Assembly: GCA_036229005.1 (NCBI GenBank)
Contig: JAZAMN010000050.1
Location: forward strand, 32,001 to 96,000
Length of the DNA stretch: 64,000 bases
Direction of reading: 5' to 3'
DNA from: Myxococcota bacterium
Lineage (GTDB): Bacteria > Myxococcota_A > UBA796 > CAJQPC01
Part shown: positions 16,144 to 25,287 of the stretch, piece after piece
How positions within the stretch are numbered: the first letter of the stretch is position 1
Layout of the letters: each line of letters opens with the position of its first letter
The notes under the pieces: generated by a model
Databases searched by the model: none
Told to the model about the DNA's origin: nothing
Seen by the model: the letters and a program-made list of their open reading frames with translations, nothing else
Position numbers and translations under genes: made by a program

Positions 16144-18525
16144 ATGCCCCGACTGAGCCTTTGCCTCATCGCCAAGGATGAAGAGGAGATGCTGGAGGAC
16201 TGCCTGCGCTCGGTGCGCGGCGTGGTGGACGAGATCATCGTCTGCGACACCGGCTCCAGCGACGGCACCCGCGAGCTCGCCACACTGCTCGGGGCCCAGG
16301 TCATCGAGCATGTCTGGGAGGAGGACTTCTCGGCGGCCCGGAACGCTGCCCTCACCGCTTCGACCGGTACCCATGTCCTCATCCTGGACGCCGACGAGCG
16401 GCTCACCCCTGGCGCCGGCGAGGTCATCCTGGCGGCGATCCAGGACCCCACGCTGGATCTGGGCATGCTCCCCCTGCACAACGCGGAGCGCCTGGACGCG
16501 CCGGTCGACCAGGTGCTCAGCGGGCTCGCTCGGCGCGGCGACCCGGTGGACCTGCCGCGCCTGTTCCGTCGCACCCCCGACCTGCGCTGGGAGGGGGCCA
16601 TCCACGAGTCGCCGAACACCTGGCTGAGCAGCGCGCCCCGCCGGATCCGGCGCCTGGAGGCGCCCATCCTTCACCTGGGGGCGGTCCCCAGCCTGCGGCA
16701 GGCGCGGGGCAAGCGGGAGCGCAACATCAAGCTGCTCCAGGCGCGCGTGGCGCAGGAGCCGGGCAACCCCCAGGTCTACGCCTACCTGGCCGGAGAGCTG
16801 CTCCACGAGGGGCGGAGAGAGGAGGCCGAGCGGGTGATCGAGGCCGGCTGGGCCGCCGCGGGCAGGCTGGGGGATGGGCCTCGGCCCGTGCTGGTTCAGC
16901 TCGTGACCCTGCGCGCCCACACCTTGCTGGAGCAGGGCCAGGTGACCGAGGCCCTGGCGGCGCTGGGCCAGGCGCGGGAGTGGAGGGTCCAACACCCCAA
17001 CGTGGACCTTCTGGAGGCGCTGGCGCTGCGCCAGCTCGACCCCCCCGCGCGGTCTCGGGCGGCCCAGCTCCTGGAGCGCTGCCTGAACTGGAAGCAGGGC
17101 CTCGCGCAGGAGCCGATCCCCGGCGCTCTGGGCTGGCTCTCGGCTCAGCACCTGGGCGAACTCCGCCTGGAGCTGGGCGAGCTGGACGCGGCCGAGCTGG
17201 CTTTCGGCCGGGCGCTGCAGGAGAAGCCGGATCTGGAGGGGCCTGCCCTTGGAATGGCCGAGCTCGCGCTGCGTCGGGGGGATGCTGCGGCGGCCCTGAG
17301 GCTGGTCGAGCCTTGGCTCCCGCTGGAGAAGCCCGACCCTTGGGTCCTCGCCGCCGCGAGCTGCGCGGCCCTCGGAGAGCCCGGCGACATGCAGGCGCTG
17401 GTCCGTCGCGCCGTGCAGCTCGCGGACAAGGGCTTCGTCGGGCGCCACCGGGCTGACTGGCTCAAGGAGCTGCTGGTCGAGGCGGACCTGTACGCCGGAA
17501 AGCCTCACCCCGGGCCCGGAGTCGTCGGCCGCCTGGGCGCGCTGGCCTCCCGGCTGCCCAACCGGGACGAGCGGGCCATCCACCCCGAGGGCGCCGAGCG
17601 CGTCGCCGTGAACCTGGTCCGGGCCGGCCACCCCGAGCTGCTGGAGCCCTTCTTCGAGCCGCGGGCCGACTCGCTGCTCCCGGGGCTCGCCATGCGCGTC
17701 AAGCTGGCGCTGGCCGAGCAGGGGATCGTCGTCGAAGACGATGGGCAGGCGGAGTTCGTGTTCATCGGAGGCGCGGGCCGCAGCGGCACCACGCTGTTCC
17801 GGGCCATGCTCGGCGCCCACGGCGGCATCCACTGTGGGCCGGAGCTCAAGCTGGTCCCCATCATCTCCGGGCTCCGCGAGCAGTGGGTGCGCACCATGGG
17901 CAAGGACCTGCAGGAGGCCGGCGTCGGAACCGAGGTCCTGGACGAGGCCGTGCGCTCCTTCATCACCGCGCTGCTGCACGGTGGCGCGCCCGAGGGCATG
18001 CGGGTCGCGGAGAAGACCCCCCACAACCTGCTGCACACGGCGCTGCTCGGGCGGCTCTTCCCGCGGGCCCGCTTCATCCACGTGGTCCGAGATGGCCGGG
18101 CGGTCGCGGCCTCTCTGGTCCGGCAGCGCTGGGTCGATCCCGCGACGGGGAAGCCCATCTGGTATTGCCAGGATGTCGAGGGGGCTTCTCGATACTGGGT
18201 CGAGGTCGTCTCCACCATCCGGCATCAGGCGGCGTCCGTACCGGGTCGCTACCTGGAGGTCCGATACGAGGAGCTGGTGCAGTCTCCCGAGGACACCATG
18301 CGCCGGGTGCTCGCGTTCCTGGGGGAGCCCTGGGACGCCGCGGTGCTCGCACACCACGAGGCCGACACCCGCCTGTCCTCGCGTGAGGCCAGCAGCGCTG
18401 CGGTGGCGGGGGCGCTCAGCGATGGCGCTCTGCGCAAGTGGCGTACCCAGCTCTCCGACGCGGACCTCAGCCGCTTCGACCAGCGCACACAGAGCGTGCT
18501 GGCGGAGCTGGGGTACGCGAGCTGA
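16144..18525 (+). CDS. GT2 glycosyltransferase + TPR + sulfotransferase (TPST-like) fusion protein
   Basis: GT2: LSLCLIAKDEE, DTGSSDGT, DFSAARN, LDADE, WEGAIHE. Helical TPR-like middle. Sulfotransferase: FIGGAGRSGTT (5'-PSB), EKTP, VRDGRAV (3'-PB), RYEELV. Confidence 0.88.
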   Translation: MPRLSLCLIAKDEEEMLEDCLRSVRGVVDEIIVCDTGSSDGTRELATLLGAQVIEHVWEEDFSAARNAALTASTGTHVLILDADERLTPGAGEVILAAIQDPTLDLGMLPLHNAERLDAPVDQVLSGLARRGDPVDLPRLFRRTPDLRWEGAIHESPNTWLSSAPRRIRRLEAPILHLGAVPSLRQARGKRERNIKLLQARVAQEPGNPQVYAYLAGELLHEGRREEAERVIEAGWAAAGRLGDGPRPVLVQLVTLRAHTLLEQGQVTEALAALGQAREWRVQHPNVDLLEALALRQLDPPARSRAAQLLERCLNWKQGLAQEPIPGALGWLSAQHLGELRLELGELDAAELAFGRALQEKPDLEGPALGMAELALRRGDAAAALRLVEPWLPLEKPDPWVLAAASCAALGEPGDMQALVRRAVQLADKGFVGRHRADWLKELLVEADLYAGKPHPGPGVVGRLGALASRLPNRDERAIHPEGAERVAVNLVRAGHPELLEPFFEPRADSLLPGLAMRVKLALAEQGIVVEDDGQAEFVFIGGAGRSGTTLFRAMLGAHGGIHCGPELKLVPIISGLREQWVRTMGKDLQEAGVGTEVLDEAVRSFITALLHGGAPEGMRVAEKTPHNLLHTALLGRLFPRARFIHVVRDGRAVAASLVRQRWVDPATGKPIWYCQDVEGASRYWVEVVSTIRHQAASVPGRYLEVRYEELVQSPEDTMRRVLAFLGEPWDAAVLAHHEADTRLSSREASSAAVAGALSDGALRKWRTQLSDADLSRFDQRTQSVLAELGYAS

Positions 18526-18543
18526 GGGACCCGGGCCCCGGGA

Positions 18544-19239
18544 TCACTCCTCGGAGTGGCCGGCGTCAAAGGGGATGACCTCGCCTTGCTTGCGGGGACG
18601 GACCAGCGCGACCCCCAGCAGCAGCGCCAGGGCTCGGTCGTACTCTGCGCCCAGGGCCTGGTTGGCGGAGAACAGCGCCAGGCCGACGCCGACCGGTGCG
18701 GACAGGCGCGCGACCTGCTCGGCGCCCTTGCGCAGTCCCACCAACACGGGGCCGACCTTGGGGATCAAGGGCAGGATGGGCTTGTAGGGAGCGCTCAGGC
18801 GAAGGAGCTGCTTGGACACCCAGCCCGAGCCCGCGGCGGCGCCCGCACCCGCAGCGCCGGTCCACGCGACCCACTGGCTGCGGCGGAGGCGGTTCACGTG
18901 CTTGTCGTCCAGCTCCTCCAGGGCCTCGACGCCCTCGCAGCGGGAGAGCAGCGCCAGGCTGAGGGCGTCCAGGCGCTCCCAGTCGCCCTGATCCGGGTCG
19001 AGCTCGACCTTCAACCGGGAGGCGGTCCGGTCCACGAGCTGCCCGAGGCTGTCGCGCATGGCCAGGACACCGACCGGCGTGTGGGTGCGCCACCAGAGCG
19101 CACGGACCAGCTTGTCGGCCAGCTCGGGGGCCGAGAGATCCGCCTTGGGGCTGATTCCACCGGCCTCCAGGACCTCCCGGAGGGCCGCTGGATCCGCCTG
19201 GGAGAGGCTGTTTCGCACCATCTGAGCGTCGACCTTCAC
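18544..19239 (-). CDS. Hypothetical protein with Gly-zipper/hydrophobic C-terminus (possibly YaaW-like)
   Basis: GTG at 19239 is preceded by AGGAG; GAAGAGAAAG and APVGVGLALF..LGAEYDRALALLLGVALVR. Confidence 0.6.
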   Translation of the reverse strand: MKVDAQMVRNSLSQADPAALREVLEAGGISPKADLSAPELADKLVRALWWRTHTPVGVLAMRDSLGQLVDRTASRLKVELDPDQGDWERLDALSLALLSRCEGVEALEELDDKHVNRLRRSQWVAWTGAAGAGAAAGSGWVSKQLLRLSAPYKPILPLIPKVGPVLVGLRKGAEQVARLSAPVGVGLALFSANQALGAEYDRALALLLGVALVRPRKQGEVIPFDAGHSEE

Positions 19240-19404
19240 ACCTATCTCCTCAAAACCACGGGCCAAGGGAGGTCCTGGCCTCGATTCTACCCGCCAGCGG
19301 CCCCGGATATTTCCCAACATCAAAATGTGGCGCTGGGCCAAAGATGCGCTAATGGTGGGCCGCGGGCCGTTTTTTGGCCCTGAACACCCCATCGTGGAGA
19401 TGCC

Positions 19405-19692
19405 ATGAACAAGAAGGAAATGGCCGCCGCCCTCGCCAAGCGCTCGGGTCTGAGCCAGGTCAAGGCCCTTGAGATCCTCAACGCTGTCTTCGACGCCAGT
19501 GACGGCGTGATCGCAGCCGAGCTCAAGGAAGGCAACAAGGTGACCATCCCCGGCTTCGGTACCTTCGGCGCCAAGATGTCCGCTGCTCGCACGGGCACCA
19601 ACCCCTCTTCCGGCACCAAGATGGAGATCCCCGCCCGCATGCGCGTGCGCTTCACCGCCGGCAAGACCCTCAAGGAGACCGTCGCCGGCTGA
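19405..19692 (+). CDS. hup: HU family DNA-binding protein
   Basis: MNKKEMAAALA, VTIPGFGTF, ARTGTNPSSG, FTAGKTLKE; GGAGA RBS. Confidence 0.95.
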   Translation: MNKKEMAAALAKRSGLSQVKALEILNAVFDASDGVIAAELKEGNKVTIPGFGTFGAKMSAARTGTNPSSGTKMEIPARMRVRFTAGKTLKETVAG

Positions 19693-19716
19693 GCCGACCG
19701 ACGTTCTGTTTGAACT

Positions 19717-19742
19717 GGACCCGGCCTCGGCCGGGTCTTTTT
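19717..19742 (+). terminator. Rho-independent terminator after HU gene
   Basis: GACCCGGC-CTCG-GCCGGGTC followed by TTTTT. Confidence 0.85.
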
Positions 19743-19812
19743 CGTTTGGGCCCGGTGCGACGCTTGCGTGCGAGCCCGCGGCCTCCTAGAGATCCCGAGA
19801 AGGGAGTTCTCC

Positions 19813-20127
19813 GTGAAGCACCGCATCCCCCACGACCTTGGACAAGAGCTGGCCCGCAAGGCCACCCAGCGCGCACTCGAGACCTACCGGGACGAGTTCC
19901 CCGAGGTCGAGCCCGAGGGCCGCTGGCTGTCGCCCGACCGCGCCGAGATCGCCGTGACGCTGGCCGGGAAGCGCCTGCGCGCCAACCTGGATGTCCTCAA
20001 GGACGCGGTGGACATCGACATGGACGTCCCCCTGGTCTTCCGCCCCTTCCGAAAGCAGGCCATCGCGGTCATCGAGAAGGAGATCCTGGTCTGGATCGAG
20101 AAGGCCCGTCGCGGAGAGTTGGACTAA
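19813..20127 (+). CDS. Polyhydroxyalkanoic acid system protein family (PHA_gran_rgn-like)
   Basis: About 104 aa, HRIPHDLGQELAR...VDIDMDVPLVFRPFR; GTG after GGGAG. Confidence 0.6.
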   Translation: MKHRIPHDLGQELARKATQRALETYRDEFPEVEPEGRWLSPDRAEIAVTLAGKRLRANLDVLKDAVDIDMDVPLVFRPFRKQAIAVIEKEILVWIEKARRGELD

Positions 20128-20146
20128 ACTGGCCTTGGAGGCACCG

Positions 20147-20767
20147 ATGTCCCTGCGCTGGACCCCCCTGGCCGCTGCGCCGCTGATGCTCCTGGGCGCC
20201 CTGGTTGCGTGCCAGAGCGACGACCCCTTCATCGAGGACTCGGACACCCAGGTGGAAGAAGAGGGGCCGGACACTGGCTACCTGGAGGTGGGCTGGATCG
20301 GCACCTGGTCCTCGGAGTTCGAGGGGCAGCACACCTTCTACGCCTACGACCGCATGATCGGGGAGCACCTCTGCCTCTTCCGGTGGACCACCACCCCCAT
20401 CCTGGACTCCGAGGGCGTGCTCGCGCTGGGCAGCACCTGCGGGGACGACGGGGACGAGGACTGCGGCTTCGAGTTCGTTCAGGAGGTCGAGTACAGCGAC
20501 GGCACCCTGATGACCGACCCCTACACCGGGGAGGTCACCGACTGCAGCAGCTTCAACCTCAGCGACGGCTCGGCCCTTGGCACGACCCGCAAGTTCGCGT
20601 ACGAGGAGACCCCCGCCAGCAGCCCGGACCGGGGTGTGTTGATGCAGTACTACGACGATCAGGACGACCTGACCCCTGGCTGGTACGAGGTCGCCTACGC
20701 CGACTACAACGCGTCCCTGGACGAGATCACCTACGAGCGGGCCTACGCCTACTATCAGTGGCCCTGA
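20147..20767 (+). CDS. Acidic secreted lipoprotein of unknown function
   Basis: Lipobox LVAC after a hydrophobic stretch; Asp/Glu-rich with 4 further Cys; GGAGG RBS. Confidence 0.7.
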   Translation: MSLRWTPLAAAPLMLLGALVACQSDDPFIEDSDTQVEEEGPDTGYLEVGWIGTWSSEFEGQHTFYAYDRMIGEHLCLFRWTTTPILDSEGVLALGSTCGDDGDEDCGFEFVQEVEYSDGTLMTDPYTGEVTDCSSFNLSDGSALGTTRKFAYEETPASSPDRGVLMQYYDDQDDLTPGWYEVAYADYNASLDEITYERAYAYYQWP

Positions 20768-20788
20768 GCGCCGCGGGGGGGAGGGAGC

Positions 20789-21565
20789 TTGCCCGAGCTG
20801 CCTGAAGTCGAGGTGATGACCCGGAACCTGCGCCGCTGGCTGAACGGCCAGGAGCTGCGTTTGGAACTGGTCGACCCGCGCCTGCTCAAGGGGGAGCCCC
20901 CCCAGGATCCGCAGCGCGTGGTCCAGGTCCATCGCCGGGGAAAGTACAGCTTCATCGAGCGGGAGGCGGACACCTGGGTGCTGCACTTCCGGATGACCGG
21001 AAAGGTCGTCCCGGCCCGGGAGGGGGGAAAGGTGAGGGCCCGTCTGCTGACGGACACCGGGGCCTACCATTTCCTGGATCAGCGCTGCCTGGGGGAGCTC
21101 CATGTCTTGCCCCCTGGCGCCAGCGAGGCCTTTGAGGCCGGCTTGAACCTGGGCCCTGAGCCCTACCCGCAGCGGCAGAGCGGGGCCTGGTGGCGAGAGC
21201 GCCTGTCGGGGCTGCGGGGCGCCATCAAGCCGGCGCTGATGCGGCAGGACCGGGTCGCGGGCCTGGGGAACATCGCCGCGTCGGAGATCTGCTTCCGGGC
21301 CGGGGTGGACCCGCGCCGACCGGTCCCCGATGTCCTCGCTTGGGACGGGATCGCTACAGAGGCGCACGCATTCCTGCACGAAGTGGTGGACCTGGAGGGG
21401 CAGGGGGATGAGATCCAGTACATCAACTCGGACCCGGACGCGCGGAACCCCTTCGCGGTCTATGGGCGCGCCGGAGAGCCCTGCCTGCGCTGCGGGGAGG
21501 GGATTGAGCGCATCGTCCAGAGCGGTCGGTCCAGCTTCTACTGTCCAAGCTGCCAGGAGGGCTGA
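20789..21565 (+). CDS. mutM: Formamidopyrimidine-DNA glycosylase (Fpg/Nei family)
   Basis: MPELPEVE, RRGKY, HFRMTG, H2TH GLGNI, C-terminal zinc finger CLRC...CPSC. Confidence 0.9.
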   Translation: MPELPEVEVMTRNLRRWLNGQELRLELVDPRLLKGEPPQDPQRVVQVHRRGKYSFIEREADTWVLHFRMTGKVVPAREGGKVRARLLTDTGAYHFLDQRCLGELHVLPPGASEAFEAGLNLGPEPYPQRQSGAWWRERLSGLRGAIKPALMRQDRVAGLGNIAASEICFRAGVDPRRPVPDVLAWDGIATEAHAFLHEVVDLEGQGDEIQYINSDPDARNPFAVYGRAGEPCLRCGEGIERIVQSGRSSFYCPSCQEG

Positions 21566-21568
21566 GTG

Positions 21569-23071
21569 ATGCTGTGGACTTGGCTCGCGTTGAGCGCCTC
21601 AGCCCTCGCGGAGCCCACATCCGCGGTGAGCGTCGATGGCTGGACCTGGCCGCAAGGCACGGTACGCACCTTCCACCTGGAGAGCCTGGAGGTGGTCCCG
21701 GGACCCTGGCAGATCCGGCAGCGGGGCGGCCTGCAGTCCGCGCGCACCAACAAGGTCCGCAGCGAGTTTGTGCTCCAGTGCACCCCGGTAGACCAGACCC
21801 CGCGCGCCTGGGAGCTGGAGTGCGAGGTGCTGGACGCCGCTTTCATCGGGACCCCGGTGCTGGCGGAGGACCCCCGAGTGCTGGAGACCGTGCTGGGAAC
21901 CTTCGCGACCCTGGCCGAATCGGGGACCGTCGACATCACCATGGGGCGGGACGGCCGGGTGCTGTCGGTGGACCTGGACGGGCTGAACCAGGAGGACCAG
22001 GCGGACAGGGCGATCGTCGAGTGGATCCGCCTGCGCCTCATCCTGGCGCTGTCTGGGCTGGACGTCGGGCTGCCCCCGGCCGGCGTGGATGGGTGGACCC
22101 AGCGGGACCACCTCTGGGCGATGTCTCCCTACACCTCCGCCATCCGCGGGGGCATCCGCGTGGAGAACAGCCTCCAGGACGAGGCAGGCCTCACGCTGAT
22201 CACCAGCAAGGCCCAGGGGACCCTCTCCCTCAGCAACAGCACGGCCGCGCTGGAGCTCAACGGGCTGTGGAAGCTGCAAGGGGGATCGCAGCTCACGCTG
22301 GACCGGGAACAGGGGGCTGTGGTCTCCGGGAGCTGGGCGCTCGTCGGGCTGCCCACCGCGTCCGCCGGGGTCATCGAAGGGGACCCCTACCTGCTGGGCG
22401 GCAGCATCCGAATGGTCGGGCCGAATGAGCCGGTGCCCACCGCGGGGCCTTCGGGGCTCTGGGGGGACCACTTCGAACCAGGAGAGCCGGAGCGGGCGCT
22501 GGTGGCGCTCCAGGTCGAGCTCGACGACAGCTACGACGAGGCCGGCTTCCGCTCAAGGCCCTACCTGTGGGCGCAGGTCGGCCCCACCTACCACTTCAAG
22601 GACCTGCGCGAGAACCCGCTTGGCGCCGGTGTGACGGTCGGCTTGCGTCTCCCCCTCGCGATCTCGGTCGGTGTGGGCGCTCAGTGGGACCAGGCCGCCC
22701 GCTTCCGCTCCCACACCTGGATCGAAGAGGAGCGGCAGCTCTACGGCGGGCTCTGGTACGAGAGCAACTACCGCATCACGCCGCGGGTGGGGATCGAGGC
22801 TGGTGCCAGCCACCGCAGCTTCTCCGAGCCGGGCTTCCCCGAGGTCTGGATGCCCTTCTTCGCGCTGGACCTGGGCCTGCAGTGGCGCCCATTGCCCAGC
22901 CACTGGCTCAGCATCCACACCCGCGCGCCCATCGAGCTTGGCTACCTGGAGATCACCGACAGCCGCGGGAACGCCTCGTTCGCCGACAAGACCTCCTGGG
23001 TGGTGCAGCTCGCGTGGACCGTGAAGCTGACCGGTCGCAAGGACCAGGAGCCGGTGCCGCGGGGCCACTGA
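21569..23071 (+). CDS. Secreted hypothetical protein, C-terminal region possibly an outer-membrane beta-barrel
   Basis: Signal peptide MLWTWLALSASALA; C-terminal Gly/aromatic amphipathic strands (AGVTVGLRL, LYGGLWYE, LDLGLQWRP). Confidence 0.6.
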   Translation: MLWTWLALSASALAEPTSAVSVDGWTWPQGTVRTFHLESLEVVPGPWQIRQRGGLQSARTNKVRSEFVLQCTPVDQTPRAWELECEVLDAAFIGTPVLAEDPRVLETVLGTFATLAESGTVDITMGRDGRVLSVDLDGLNQEDQADRAIVEWIRLRLILALSGLDVGLPPAGVDGWTQRDHLWAMSPYTSAIRGGIRVENSLQDEAGLTLITSKAQGTLSLSNSTAALELNGLWKLQGGSQLTLDREQGAVVSGSWALVGLPTASAGVIEGDPYLLGGSIRMVGPNEPVPTAGPSGLWGDHFEPGEPERALVALQVELDDSYDEAGFRSRPYLWAQVGPTYHFKDLRENPLGAGVTVGLRLPLAISVGVGAQWDQAARFRSHTWIEEERQLYGGLWYESNYRITPRVGIEAGASHRSFSEPGFPEVWMPFFALDLGLQWRPLPSHWLSIHTRAPIELGYLEITDSRGNASFADKTSWVVQLAWTVKLTGRKDQEPVPRGH

Positions 23072-23091
23072 GTCCAGGGCCGCTGGGTCCT

Positions 23092-24114
23092 TCAGTGCTG
23101 GGCGGCCAGCATCCCGCAGGCGCTGTTGCTCTCTGCGCCCACCGAATACCGCCGCACGATGGGGACCCCCAGGGTGGAGAGCCCGTCCCGGAAGCGCTCC
23201 AGGGCCTCGGCATCCAGCCGGGAGTAGCCGCCCTCGCGGGGGTCGTTCACGTCGATCAGGTTGATGCGCACCGGCGTGTCTCGGATCAGCGCGCGCAGGG
23301 CCTTTAGCTGCTCCGGGGTGTCGTTCACGCCAGCCATCATCACCCAGGCCAGGGTCACCCGGCGCCCCGTTCTGGCGTGGCGCTCGCGCAGCGTGTCCAT
23401 CAGCTCCTGGACCTTCCACTTTCCGGCCACAGGCATCAGCGCCCGCCGCTCCTCCTGCAGGGCCGAGCTGAGGCTCACGATCAGCCGGTAGGGCTGGTCT
23501 TCCTGGGTGTAGCGCCGGATCTGGGGCACCAGACCCACGGTCGAGATGGTGATGGACTTTGCAGGGATGCGGCCGCCATCAGGGGCCGAGAGCCGCTGGG
23601 CTGCGCGGATCACCGCGTCGTAGTTGTGGAAGGGCTCGCCCTGTCCCATGAACACCGCGCCCGTGACCCGCCCGGGGGCCTCGTCCCGGATCTGCAGCCA
23701 GCAGCCCACCATCTCCCAGGCCTCCAGGCTGCGGGTGAGTCCCAGGCGTCCGGTCGCGCAGAAGTCGCAGCGCATCGCGCAGCCCACCTGGGAGCTCAGG
23801 CAGACCGAGAAGTGGCCGGGCTTGGCCAGAGGGATCCGCACCGCCTCCACCACCTGGCCGTCGTGGAGCTCAAAGAGCGTGCGGACGCTCCGGTCCACGG
23901 TGTCCTCGACGGTGCGCAGGACCTTGGGGCGCTCCAGGGAGTAGGTGTCCAGGAGGTGGGCCCGCAGTGTCTTGGACAGGGGGCGCTTCATCCCCTCCAG
24001 ATCCCGATTCCCGTGGGAGATCAGGTGGGAGAGGGCGCGACGGGCCTCGGACAGGGTGCAGCCCACCTCCAGGACGAGTTGCTCGGGGCTTCGATCCAGG
24101 AGCGATGGGCGCAT
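23092..24114 (-). CDS. rlmN: RlmN/Cfr-family radical SAM RNA methyltransferase
   Basis: CLSSQVGCAMRCDFCATG, FMGQGEP, ITISTVG, C-terminal SACGML. Confidence 0.8.
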   Translation of the reverse strand: MRPSLLDRSPEQLVLEVGCTLSEARRALSHLISHGNRDLEGMKRPLSKTLRAHLLDTYSLERPKVLRTVEDTVDRSVRTLFELHDGQVVEAVRIPLAKPGHFSVCLSSQVGCAMRCDFCATGRLGLTRSLEAWEMVGCWLQIRDEAPGRVTGAVFMGQGEPFHNYDAVIRAAQRLSAPDGGRIPAKSITISTVGLVPQIRRYTQEDQPYRLIVSLSSALQEERRALMPVAGKWKVQELMDTLRERHARTGRRVTLAWVMMAGVNDTPEQLKALRALIRDTPVRINLIDVNDPREGGYSRLDAEALERFRDGLSTLGVPIVRRYSVGAESNSACGMLAAQH

Positions 24115-24135
24115 GCGAGGTCTCCAGGGCGCCGG

Positions 24136-24438
24136 CTAACCCGCTGCGCCGTCCACCCAGGCGTCGATCTGTCGGGCCATGCGCAGATCGAGCTCGGAGA
24201 CGCCCCCGGCGTCGTGGGTGTTCAGCAGGATCTCCAGGCGCCCGTAGCAGTTGCTCCACTCCGGATGGTGGTTCATCTTCTCCGCGAGCATCGCGATTCG
24301 GGTCATCAGCGAGAACGCGGCGTAGAAGTCGGGGAGATCGAGATCCCGCTGGATCGCCCGGCCTTGTCGGCAGAGCCGCCAGTGGGGGAGGGTGGCCATC
24401 TCGGCCTGCAGGGCGTCGGGGGGGAGGGCTGCGGGCAT
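24136..24438 (-). CDS. phhB: Pterin-4-alpha-carbinolamine dehydratase
   Basis: AEKMNHHPEWSN, THDAGGVSELD. Confidence 0.92.
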   Translation of the reverse strand: MPAALPPDALQAEMATLPHWRLCRQGRAIQRDLDLPDFYAAFSLMTRIAMLAEKMNHHPEWSNCYGRLEILLNTHDAGGVSELDLRMARQIDAWVDGAAG

Positions 24439-24491
24439 GGGGGCTCCAAGGGGGTCTTGTCTTCTAGCAGGGCGCCGTGCATTGTGGCTGC

Positions 24492-25283
24492 ATGATCGCG
24501 CTGTTGTTGCTCTTGTCCCCGAGCGGGGGCTCGTCCCCGGACCCCGTGACCGTCCACCAGGAGTGGTCGGAGCTACGGCCGGTGCTGGTAGAGCACTCCA
24601 AGAGCACCATCCCGGAGCTGAGCCCCGCGCAGGTCAAGGACCTGGTCCAGGGCAAGCGCCTGGGCATCCGCCTGGAGCAGACGGGGGAGGTCGACGGCGC
24701 GATGGGCGTGGCCTTCATGCCCCTGGACACCGAGGCGGTCTGGATCGGCGGCCTGGACGACAAGCACGCGCAGCTCGCGGCCGGGCTCACGGAGGTCTGG
24801 CTGCCAGGGACGAACCAGGAGCGCAAGATCCTCTACCAACACCTCGACGTGCCGGCCCCCTTCGCGGACCGCCACTGGGTCGTGCACATCCGGAACAACC
24901 AGGCGCTCTTTGGCGCCAGCGAGGGCAGGATGTGGGAGCGGTACTGGGAGCTTGACCCGCGCCCCCTGGAGGAGTGCCTGGCCGAGCTCCCGGAAGAGCC
25001 CGTCTGGTTGGATGGCGAGACGCTGACCACGCCCGTCAACCGGGGGAGCTGGAGCGTGCTGCCCGTCAGCGGTGGCGTTGTGGTCCTGTACGAGGTGCAC
25101 ACCGACATCGGCGGCCCGGTGCCCGAGGAGCTGATGGTCCGCTTCGCGATGATGAGCCTGGAGTCCTTCATGGACAAGCTGCAGGAGCTCGGCGCGCGCG
25201 CCCCCAGCCACTACGCCGAGGACCACTTCATCATCCGGCGGCCGGACCTGAGCCCCATCCAGCCGGGCTCGCTGCAGCAGTAG
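24492..25283 (+). CDS. Secreted START/SRPBCC-like lipid-binding protein
   Basis: Hydrophobic N-terminus; YQHLDVPAPFADRHWV, GSWSVLP, YEVHTDIGGPVP. Confidence 0.65.
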   Translation: MIALLLLLSPSGGSSPDPVTVHQEWSELRPVLVEHSKSTIPELSPAQVKDLVQGKRLGIRLEQTGEVDGAMGVAFMPLDTEAVWIGGLDDKHAQLAAGLTEVWLPGTNQERKILYQHLDVPAPFADRHWVVHIRNNQALFGASEGRMWERYWELDPRPLEECLAELPEEPVWLDGETLTTPVNRGSWSVLPVSGGVVVLYEVHTDIGGPVPEELMVRFAMMSLESFMDKLQELGARAPSHYAEDHFIIRRPDLSPIQPGSLQQ

Positions 25284-25287
25284 GCGC

